Below are positions 24,191 through 35,800 of a DNA stretch of 64,000 nucleotides, piece after piece. Every line of letters starts with the position of its first letter. The first letter of the stretch is position 1. This DNA comes from Oculina patagonica (lineage: Eukaryota). Below the pieces are notes generated by a model. It had not been told where the DNA came from. It did no database searches and saw only the letters and a list, made by a program, of their open reading frames with translations. The translations under genes and the position numbers were made by a program. The DNA lies in the NCBI RefSeq assembly GCF_052425735.1, contig NC_135761.1:3844001-3908000 (forward strand). The letters run 5' to 3'.

Positions 24191-27100
24191 TTAAGGATCG
24201 TCTTCTAAGTAGAGATCGAGAAAATCTCTTTCAGAGTCTTCTTCAGAGTCAGAAATACTCATCGCCTCCGCCGTGTCATCCTCGACTGAGGATGTAAGAA
24301 GTTGAGATGCCGAAGGGATTTGTTCAAGTGGAGGTAGACGTGTCTCAGCTGTCTCTACTTTGCTTGTTCCTGTTGCCGTCAAAGGCTTCAACGACATTGC
24401 AGAGACCAGTCCACAGAGTTTTATCACGCACACTCGACCAGAAGATGTAAAACAAACAGCTTTGTCTTCTTCAGGGGATACGGCCATGGTTAAAATGCTG
24501 TCCCGACCTTGTGTTACTCTTGCAAATCCAACAGCTTTCGACTCGGTAAGGTCCCACAGGAAAACCATACCATCAACACCGTAGGAAATAAGGTAACGAT
24601 TTACTTTTAAAAATCGGCAAAACTCAATTCTACCAAGATGGCCGCGAAGAACTTGCTTGGAGGAATAGATATCGGAAGCTTGAAGACTGTAGACAAGAAT
24701 TATGTCTGCGATGCAGCATACTAGAAACTGATCATCTAATGATACAGTGCAGTAGCTGAACTTGACAGAGTTGTAAGGCTTCCCGACTGCGAGTCTTGTA
24801 AGAAAGCGGCAGCTTTGTTCAGCGTACTGCCAGATCTCAATCTGGTACTCACCGCACAAGACTATTTCTCGTCTATTTGACGAAAGGCAACAACATTCTA
24901 CATCCAGGAAGCCCTGGTGATTCGAAAGAAACCAAAAAAACTTCCTTTTGAACATCCCACAGGTAGAAATATGAATTGTTTCTGTTATCCTGGAGACAAA
25001 AGAAAAGTACGGTGTTGTCAGCTGAAAATGCAAAGTATGGAACCGTGGACTCGCATTTGGATTCAAATACTGAGTGTAGAAATTTTGCTCTAGATTCTGC
25101 AAAACTGTACAACTCTACCTTGGTTCCCTGGTGAATAGCAATTAGCTTTCCATCTGAGGAGAGGGCACAATTCTCCACACGGAGCGCCTGCAGGACCAGA
25201 TTATGTCAACGACGACCCAGAAACAAAGGCGATGCCTTCTTTATCAGCAGAAGTCGTCATGTGCCATAACGTAACCATGGAGTCAGAACCAACAGATATA
25301 ACAGTATCACTTGAAAGGAACATCGCTGCAATGGAGTTTCCTACAAATGAATTTTTTACAGGCGATACTGAAAGAAACTTGAAAGGACTGAATAAATTTG
25401 TCAAAAAGATGGCTCTTTCTTCGATGTCGCTACGAAACAAATAACCAACCTCCCTTTCTCTTTTAAAGTAGTTAAGGTTACAGCCCGTTACACTTGTGAG
25501 AACTGTCCCTGTCTGGAGAGATAAGGCATGCAGTGAGCCCTCACAGGAATATACAAGATATAGATTATCATTCGTAAAGGAAAAGCTCCTGCACTCTCTA
25601 ATGGTGTGTTCTAGCTTTCCGTGATGAATAAAATAGGGATCTTGATTTCCTGTTTGCAAGGAAAGCAATTTCAGTGAATCACCAGCTTCGACTATCCATT
25701 TCGTTTCTGGTGACACACAAATACGAATTTCCCCGTTTAGTTCATAAACGAGATCCTGAAAACCTTTAGGAATATTTGTATAAACGCCAATCTTGAATGC
25801 CTCGTTGTGGAACTGTTTGAACAACCCAGTGGATACTAAACGTTTCCACTTCAGGCCCAGCTTCTCCAGCACCTCAGTCTGCGGTCTTAGTTTCTGCCAG
25901 GGCTTTTCCCTGAGGTTAACTTTCTGCCTTAAAACCAGCATCCACTCAAGCCCCAGCTCCTGATGCTTTCCCAGCGTCTGCTGCAGCTTACGCCACAACT
26001 TCAGCGTATGACTCCCCCTCCCGCTCCCCCTTCCACTCCCGCTCCCACTCCATCTCCCACTCCTGCTCCATGCGCACCCACTCCCATTCCGACCCACGCT
26101 TCCACACCCGCATCCGCACCCACTCCAGCTCTCGCTTCCGCTCCCGCTTCCGCTCCCACTCCCGCTCCCGTTCCTGCTCCCACTCCCACTCTCGCTTCCA
26201 CTTCCGCTCCCACTCCTCCTCCATACGCTTCCAATCCATGTGCTCCGACTCCCATTTAAACGACCAATCCGACACCAACTTCCGTTTATGCTCCCACTCC
26301 TGCTTCCACTCGCACTCCTGCTTCCATTTTAACCTCCGCTTCCACTCTAGCTCCAACGCACGCCCGAAATAAAAACCACCAAGCAAAGCACAGCAAACAA
26401 CAGTTACTGCAGCAATGTTACAAACTGACATGGCTTTCTCTATACCAGAACAACCCATTAGCAGTCCACATTCACTGTAAGCACAGGCAACATGGCACAA
26501 ATAAGTGAACGGGTTGAGCTGAACACCCTGTGAAAATACTTGCTGTAACACAGGCATCCCAGTCTGTAGATCCCAAACCTGATAATTAAATATGCAAGGG
26601 TAGAGTTCAACCACAAGTTCTCGTACAGCTTTCAAGGATGATTCTTGACTAGAATCTGTTAATTCTTTAAGTCTGCAGCAGAAATGACAAGAAGAATCGC
26701 CCAGAACGAAAGTCTCACGAGCCTGACTCAAGTTTTTCCTCATTCCAAGACGTTCGAGCAAGCATTCGATTTGCACTCCTGGCACACGACACAGCACTTG
26801 TGGACAAAAACTGACAGTCATCTCATCATTTCGGCTTTGCTCAATCTCCTTCACAGCCCACAGAGCAAGTAAGTTAAACAAACAACACTTGTCTTGACAG
26901 GTACCTGGGTTGGACAAGAAACGGTCCTTTTCACGACAATGGATTGTCCATCACGAGTAAACACTCCCCATTTATAGATATGAGAATTCCCAGAGAAGTG
27001 AGGAAAGTCCTCGACAGATCCTTGCTCAACAGAAAACCACTTGTCGAGCCGTCCAAAAAATATGAACTTTCCGTCTGGAGAAAACTCCAACTGGGCAATC

Positions 27101-28854
27101 TCATCAATGAGATCGTCGCTTACTTCAAAGGGACCCTTCACAGTTTCTGCTGTAGCTGCATCAAAGAATAAGATAGACCGACCTTTTGCTCCGACCACTG
27201 TCCTCTTATCAGGAGATGCAGCAAAGCATTGCATGTCAGCTATTTTGGGGTCAGGAAAAGGATAAACATTCCACTCCAACCAAGGAGCGGACACTTGAGG
27301 AATCAAAAGTGTCTCTTGGACAACGTTTGAAGCGTTTCGTATACATGACTGTAAAAGATGTGGGCATTCTAAGAGAACAAGTACATTACTTTCAAGAACA
27401 AATAATATTTCTTTGAGAACCTCTTGTTTCTTTACCTCTTCGAAAGCAAGGCAGTCAGCTGCAAGCTTAAGATCTTCCAGCAGATGATAAATCTCAATTC
27501 TTCCGCTTAGCATCCTCCTCTCTATGAAATGATAACTTGTTAAGCAGCTAAAAACAGCTTTCAGGGAATCATTATCACCATACTTGCACAAAAAGCGAAC
27601 CGCGACGCGGGAAACATAGTCCTTCAAATCGACGTCAATGGATGGGCATGTTGGCTGTGGTTCATTCACAGCAACAGAAGAGAATTTCATAAAAAATCTT
27701 TCTGAGGTACTCACCTGCGATCTTCTTGTCGATGAACAACTTCCGAGAAGCTTTGTTCTTGTCTGTCAGCCACGCTGGGACCAGATTGTGCAGGAAAGTT
27801 AATGTCTGATCAGATGTTCGTAACACCACAAATTGTGATACAGCATCGATCACTTGTTGCTCCTCGTGGTTTGATTTCTCTCTCTTTAGAATGTAAGAAA
27901 TGATTGAAACAGGAAGCGGAGAAGGGGCTACGACGGCACAACCAAACAGCTTCTTGAAGAGATCATGTCCCACTTGACCATAGACGCGCGTAAAATTCTG
28001 CAGAAAAAAATCGTCAATATCCCCAGGGAAAAGATCGCTCAAATGGTTTAGTATCTTGCCTGAATCCACAGAAAGCTTGAGCTCTTCCACAATGTAATGT
28101 GCATACAAGAACAAGCCATGACACTTTCTTGCTATATCTTCTACCGTGCAAGACAATCGAGGAAAATCGATTCTCTTTTTCAGAAATGTTTGGATATCCT
28201 GCTCATGCTGCTGATAGAAGTTGTGTTGATCGCTGTTCCCAGCGCAAATTTTAACACAGGGATTGTACTTTTTCAATCTAAACTGCACTGAATCTTCAGG
28301 GCGACTGGTAATAAAGAACACAAGCCATTCGGGAAGCAGGGGAAAACGGTGCATTATAAGGTCAAGGAAATCTTCCCTGGACTCGTACTCTGTCTCATCT
28401 AGAGCGTCAATAATCACTAATTTTCTCTTCTGATTCAGGTTACACTTAGCCAGTGGCTCTTGTAATAATTTTGTAAACAGTTCCTGAATACCTAGTTTGG
28501 AATTGCCTAGCATTTTTCTTACGCCACCCTCCCCTCCCACAATAGTATTGTACTGACTATTGCATTCACAGAGTTGACAAGCAACAGTCCCCAGAAGATA
28601 CCTGGGATCATTTCTTGTGCCATCGTTGTGACGGCAGAAGTAGGCAGCTCCTAAGTGTCCAGTCCTCCTCATGCGCTGTGCCAGCACTCCCGCCATAACA
28701 CTTTTGCCAACTCCTGGATCGCCTAGGAGTACATACGCTCGGGAATCGCCTGGATCGTGGAACCAAGCATCAAAATCGTCAAAAAACCACTGTCTTGTAT
28801 CTGAATCATGTCGTTTGGCAAAAAATGCAATGTCACCCTCAAAACTGGCGATCT
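24191..28854 (-). pseudogene. Paralog B terminal exon: NACHT/STAND NTPase + helical region + WD40 repeats, broken into six ORF pieces
   Basis: ttttcag acceptor, phase 1; TRQWFF..W, Walker A GDPGVGKS, AAYFC, Walker B LVIIDALDE, ITSRP, GLFLYA; WD40-like FSPDGK, SSDGK, LRGHLGRIEFC..DGMVFLWD; frame breaks near 27695, 26930, 26010, 25200, 24910. Confidence 0.8.
25850..26350 (-). repeat. Low-complexity hexamer-based (GAGTGG/GAGCGG) coding repeat within the WD40 region
   Basis: Encodes EWKQEWEHKRK...WEWEQEREREWERKRE; open in several frames. Confidence 0.75.
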
Positions 28855-29203
28855 CTGAAAACAACAGAAACGTTACATGATTAATTTCTGTTTTTCGCGT
28901 AGATTTGAAACCGCCTGTTTATTTCCGCATAAAAACTTGTCCCATTTTTAAGATTAGGGCAAATTTACGCACTGTGAAATAACAGTTGCATTTTCACGCC
29001 TGATTGTTTTCTGTGCTATTTTTTTCACGTCAGCTTGATAGAACTGAGAGATTTTGGGAAAACCTTTGTTTGGGTTTATCATAAATGGGACTACTCCTGT
29101 AGTGTTTTGTCCTGGCTCAAACGATTGAGTCGATATCTCTAAACTTATACTCTCATGAACTTTATAATTTTTATTTTGCACGGCAATAGAACGTCCAAAG
29201 CAC

Positions 29204-29230
29204 GACAACAACAACAACAACAACAACAAC
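29204..29230 (+). repeat. (CAA)n microsatellite
   Basis: acaacaacaacaacaacaacaacaac. Confidence 0.85.
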
Positions 29231-29806
29231 GAAAAACATCTTACCAACGGACACGTTGTTGTGGTCCTGCTGGGACACTGCATTTGCTAGACCTTCATAC
29301 GTTCGATTGTTCACTGGAAAAATTACAACTACACAGTCAAACTAACGTATATTTTTTCAGAGAAACCATCGTTTTTCATTCTCCTTAGCCTCATTTTAGT
29401 ACATGTATAACAGATTTTGATTTCCAGTTGCTGCCAATAGGATAGTACATTTGCAGCTCCAAGTAATGAAATAAGCAATTCGTGGTTTTCCATGTTCTTT
29501 AATGTTCTTAAAAGTTAAAAATCACCGCGTAACTCAACAGTCAACGCACTCGGGCGCAGGGACTGTTCCCTTAATTCTTGATATATACAAGTTAGAATTT
29601 TAAACTATAGTGGACTGAGTAGAGTACAGTAAAGTAGACAACGGCGCTGGTAATGATAAATCTGCTTTACGTTAAAAGAACCCAGTCGATTTAACTTTGA
29701 AATTAAACTGAACTGAAATTGCTTCTCGAATTGCACTCCAGTCAGCCTAAAAATGTCACCGACATCTCTTAGATAATCAATCAAATGAATGCTTCACTGT
29801 GTATAC

Positions 29807-32800
29807 TGTGACTGTGGCCAGCCCAGTCTGCGCGCGGTCAAGATTCGCGCCATTTTCGGTCACGTGACCAGTTTGTTTAACTAGCGTGGTCTTACAGTTT
29901 GACTCAAGTTTATCGAAGGATTTATCGCTCGTTTAGCGTGTTTTCCGTCCCTTTCGCGGTCCCAAAGGCTGGACAAGGTTAGCTGTGTTCTTTTACTTGT
30001 ATCTTAGGTTTAGCTAGTTTCGTAATATTTTGTATTTCGGACTTTATTTCGTTGTATGTTATGTCGCTCGCTCGTGTATTCGCTTCGGTTGTTTAGTATT
30101 GTTATTATTTTACTTTATTTTAGTTTTACGGTTCCTGTTAGTTACCAGTAAAGACTTCCAGACAGATCAGCTATAACTACTTTGGTTCGTTTAACCTATG
30201 TCGGTAGTTACAGTAAAACTTGCTTGCACGAACTGAACTTCGAAGAATTCTTGAGTAGAATTTGGAAAATCCGGACGCGGATAGGGACTGTTGGATTAGA
30301 GTTTCGGATCGCTAGGTCAGATGGAATCGTTGGATACCCCTGGCCCCAGCTTAGTAATTGAAGATAATAGAAATTCAGCATCGTTTATGCCGAAGAATAA
30401 TGAAGATGAGCTTGAAGAAGCCAAAGAAGATGTATCAGATCACATTGAAGACCCTGATGGGCTTGAAGAACCCAAAGAAACAGATTTGTTAGACCAAAAT
30501 GAAGATAATGCCCGTCAGAAGAGTAAACGACCTCACACTTTGACCAAGAAGGGTCTGGAATACCAGTGGTTGATAAAAGAAAAGGATTTTCAAAGAGCTT
30601 TAAGAAGAATGAAGGACAAACTGCACAAACTTGACATGGATTGGATTGACATTTCAGACCCTCATATCCTCAGAAAGGAGAGATCAGACATAGAACAATT
30701 CAGACAATACTTGGTTAGGGCACAATCAGAATATGTATCATTGTTGACTGGAGATGAAATTCATCGTGTAGTGGAGCTATCAGCGTGTTTGAATAAGCAA
30801 GTAGTTGAACTGAGAATGAGAATTGGCGAGAAAATCTTCCAGCTGGAAAAAGAAGAATTGTGCTCCCGTACTAGTAAAAGATCATCCTACTCGAAGAAGA
30901 CAGCCTCGACTCGTGTCTCAAAGGGATCAGCCTCGTCCCAAGTTTCCCTTCTTAAAATGAAGGCTCTAACTGAACTAGCCAAAAGAGAAGTTGAAATGAA
31001 GTTTGCACGAATAGAATCAGAAAAAAGGTTGGAAATGGAAAGAAAGAGGCACGAGATGGAAGAGATCCAAAAAATGAAGAGCTATGAGACTGCCAAGGCT
31101 GAAGTCGATGCCGTTACAAGGCTAGAAGATGAAGGAAAGGAAGAAAACCCAAATTTAGATGACCTAAAAGAGTTTCAGCTGAAGGATGATGAGAAAGAAG
31201 AGCGTGTACGTGATTATATATCTTCACTGCCAGACCTGAGATCTGTAGACAGCTTAATACCCTTACCAGACTCGTTCGTCCAAGGTAACAGAGCCCATCG
31301 TCGCACCCCTTCATCTCAGAAAGAAAAGGACACAGAGTTATCTAACGCAGACCAAATTCCCCAGGCTCCAGGCAAGGATCAGGGCAATTCAGCCGGTAAA
31401 CAATTAGTCACACCACCCCATCTGCATGTCAACAGTTCAGCCACTCCTTACAGCACACCACCGACAATCCCTTATTGTCCTCCCACCATGGAATCACAGC
31501 AACATGGGATTGCCCAAGCAATAGCAAAGGGAATGGAAGCTGCGAGGTTGCCAACTCCTCACCTCTCAATTTTCAGTGGTAACCCCTTAGATTGGCCTAC
31601 ATGGAAAGTTTCTTTCGAAACTGTTATTGAAAAAAGGTCAATGAGCTCCAATGAAAAAATCCTGTACCTGCTACAGTATCTATCAGGCCCACCTAAGAAG
31701 ATTGTTGAAGGATACCAGTTTCTTAAAACAGATGACGCCTACACTGAAGCAAAGAAATCTCTTGAAAAGCGATTTGGTCACCCCTCTGTAGTCGCAGAAG
31801 CATTCCGAAGAAAACTGGAAAATTGGCCAAAGATTCCTCCAAGAGATGGGATTTCACTGAGAGAATTTGCAGACTTCCTGAAAACATGTGAGCTGGCTAT
31901 GCAATCAGTAGAAGATCTTGAAACCCTCAACAAGCAACACGGCAACAAGCAGTTATTGAAGATCTTGCCAAACTGGGTACATCCTAAATGGGGAGTTAAG
32001 GTACGAGACTACCAGACAAAGTATGGAGAAAACAAGTTTCCCCCGTTCTCGGCGTTCGTTAAATTTGTTACTGAGATTGCCGAGGTACAATGCCTGCCTG
32101 TCCTTACGAACTTGGACTCAAACTTTTCAGTGAAAGAAGAGAAGAGGAGAAATTTTCAAAGAAGAACTGAAAATCGTAAAAGCAGAGATGTAAATTCCCT
32201 GGCTACGCAAGTTAAAGGCCCTTCTGATTCCATGAACGGAAAGAAGAAAGCGTGTTATTGGTGTGGAAATGCATCCCATGAGTTAGAAATGTGCCAAGAG
32301 TTTGTCAAGAAACCCATCAATGAAAGAACCCAGTTCATCATTAGAAAGGGACTTTGCCTTCGCTGCCTAGTTCATGGTCATATGGCAAAAGAGAACAAGT
32401 GTGAAAAACTACTTAGTTGCGTAAGATGTAAGCAGAAGCATCCAACCTGCCTGCATGACAACAGGAGAGCACCTGAAGGTACAGATAGATCAGATAAAGC
32501 TACACCTGAAGCAGCAGTGAAATTTACAAATGCGGTTGATACAGAGAACTTGCAATGCAGTGAAAGTGATGCAACAGCGAACTGCACTAACATTTGCTCC
32601 ATCAAAGGGCAACAGTCTGGTCAGGATCAAAGTTTAATCATCCCAGTATGGGTTTCCAGCGGCGAAAGGCCTCAAAATGATGTCCTGACTTATGCTCTTA
32701 TTGATTCTCAATCCAATGCTACTTTTATCACCGAGAAGTTGAAACAAGCCTTAGAGGTCGACGGCGTAGCAAGTCACCTTCGTCTGTCAACAATGCATCA

Positions 32801-35800
32801 AGAAGATGAAGTAATTGAATGCAAGAAAGTTCAAGGTCTTAGTGTTACAGACTTAAAACGCCAGGTTCACATCCCCTTGCCAAAGGTCTACACAAGAGAC
32901 AGCATTCCTTACAAACCCCATCAAATTCCAAAGCCAGAAGTTGCCATGCAGTGGGATCACCTAAAGTGTATTGCTGAAGAACTTATGCCATATAGAGAAG
33001 ATGTACAGGTTGGAATATTGATTGGAACGAACTGCCCAAAGGCAATCAAACCGCGAGAAGTTATTCCTGGAGGAGATCACGACCCGTACGGCATAAAAAC
33101 AGATCTTGGTTGGGGTATTGTTGGAAGAGTGTGCAAGTCAAATCCAGATGAAGACTTAGAACAACTTACAGAAAGTTGGGCCAACAAGATTGTAATCAAT
33201 GAAGATGCCACATTTGCGATGGAGTCCCGAGCAAAGGAAATTGTAAATCCAGCTCAGATCAATGAGATGTTCGAAAGAGACTTCCACGAAAGAACAGAAC
33301 TCAAAGGTTCATCAACCTTGTCAGTTGAAGATCGCACATTCCTGGAAATCTTAAATAAAGGGATCCACCAAAGGGAGGATGGGCATTACGAGATGCCGTT
33401 GCCATTGCGCTCTCTAGATGTTAAGTTGCCGAACAATCGATCGCAAGCATTGAGAAGGCTGTCTCAGTTGAAGGCACGATTTCAAAAAGATCCGAAGTAT
33501 CACAGAGACTATGTTAAATTCATGGAAGAGATGATTGAAAAGTGCGCAGAAAAGGTTCCCTCTCAAGCCGAAACCGGTATCAACATTGGAGATGGCAAGA
33601 TTAACTATGTCCCACACCACGGAGTCTACCATCCGAAGAAACCCAGCCAAATAAGAGTGGTTTTTGATTGTAGTGCAAAATACAAAGGCACATCCCTGAA
33701 CAAGAACTTGCTCCAAGGGCCCGATCTGACAAACAATTTAGTGGGCGTACTCTGCCGATTCCGCCAGGAGGCTGTGGCTTTGACATGTGATGTACAAGGA
33801 ATGTTTCACCAGTTCTTCGTAGACGAGACAGACCGAGATCTCCTCAGATTCTTTTGGTGGAAGCATGGAGATTTTAAGAATGAAGCGGAAGAGTATCGCA
33901 TGAAAGTACACCTGTTTGGTGCTACTTCTTCACCTGGATGTGCAAATTTTGCTTTCAAAAGGGCCGCAGACGATGGCGAGAAAGAGTTTGGTTCAGAAGC
34001 CGCAGACTTCATGCGAAAGGATTTTTACGTCGACGATGGACTGAAGTCTGTAAAATGTGTTGACACTGCCACCAACCTTATTCAGAATTGTCAAGCCATG
34101 TGTGCAAGGGCAGGCCTGAGACTGCACAAGTTTAGCAGCAACAAGAAAGAAGTTATTCAAGCTGTTCCCCCCGAAGATCGTGCCAAGGGATTACAGGAAC
34201 TAGATCTGACGAGAGACCCTTTGCCAATAGAGCAAACTCTCGGCGTTATGTGGTGCGCAGAGACTGACAGTTTACAATTCCGTATAGTCATTCAAGACCG
34301 CCCACTTACAAGAAGAGGCATCTTATCCACAGTTTGTTCGGTCTACGACCCCCTTGGGCTTGTAGCACCCCTAATCCTTACTGGCAAGCAGATATTACAA
34401 GACCTTTGTCGTGAAAATGCTGACTGGGATGACCCGATCAGTGATGAGCTAAGGTCAAGATGGGAACGATGGCGAAATGAGGTACGACTCCTTGAAGGTC
34501 TCAAGATACCAAGATGCTACAAACCTGAAGATTTTGGAGACATTAAGGCGGTCGAACTGCATCACTTCTCTGATGCAAGTCAAGCAGGCTATGGTCAGTG
34601 CAGCTACCTGCGCTTGTTGAATGAAAGCAATCAAGCCTATTGTTCCTTAGTTATGGGAAAAGCCCGCGTTGCTCCTCTGAAACCAGTGACCATCCCACGC
34701 CTAGAGTTGACGGCAGCCGTCGTATCAGTCAGAGTGAGTCAATGGCTTGTACCAGAGCTCGATTACGAAAACGTTACTGAGTTCTTTTGGACAGACAGCA
34801 AGGTAGTGATGGGCTACATAAGCAATGTGACCAGACGCTTTCACATTTTTGTAGCCAACCGCGTACAACAGATCCATGAGCATACCAAACCTCAACAATG
34901 GCAGTACATCAACACACATTCAAACCCTGCAGATGCTGCATCCCGAGGTCTTACGACCAAACAGCTCTTAAGTGATGATTCACAATGGCTTAGAGGCCCC
35001 AGCTTCCTGTGGAACTGTGGTCCTTATCGAGTCCAAGAAGAGAACACTCCAGAACCCTTAGATCCAAACGATCCAGAAGTCAAGGCGTGTACCCTCGTAA
35101 CACAGAGCGACGAGAGCTATCCTAATTACTTTGAAACTGCCAGGTTGGATCGATTTTCCGATTGGTCTAGAGTGAGAAAAGCAGTAGCAGTGTGCTTGCG
35201 GTTTAAACGTCTTCTAAGAGAGAAAAGATTCCAGAAAACTGCAGTGGCTCAAACCAGTACAGCAGTGAAGAATAATGGCACAAGCTACCAACCTGTAGAC
35301 ATAGAAGAGATTGGTCAAGCTGAGATGGAAATAATTCGCTGCCTTCAGCTTGAACATTTCAAAGATGAAATCGAAGCTCTGTCCCTGCTGCAAGTGCATG
35401 GCGAATTCTCTGATAGACAGAAAGCCAAGCAAAGAAATCTCAACCTGAAGAAATGTAGCAGTCTTTATCGCCTAGATCCGTACTTAGACGTGAACGGTAT
35501 CCTGCGTGTTGGTGGCCGACTGAGGAGGGCCAATATGCCCGAAGCTTCTAAGCATCCAATCATTTTACCAAGGCGATCACATGTTACAACCCTCATCCTA
35601 CAGCACTGTCATGAAGCAATCAAGCATCAAGGTAGTGGAATGACCCACAACGAAGTACGACAACGTGGGTACTGGATCATTGGTGGCACGTCCGCTGTAT
35701 CGAGTTTTATTTCAAAGTGTATCAAGTGCCGAAAGCTGCGTGGACCACTCGTGCAGCAAAAGTTAGCAGACCTCCCAGAAGATCGTGTAGATCCAGCCCC

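Noticed and set aside
25963-26372. Pro/Ala-, Gly/Val- and Ser/His-rich ORFs
   Set aside because: Alternative frames of the hexamer repeat in the NACHT-WD40 exon
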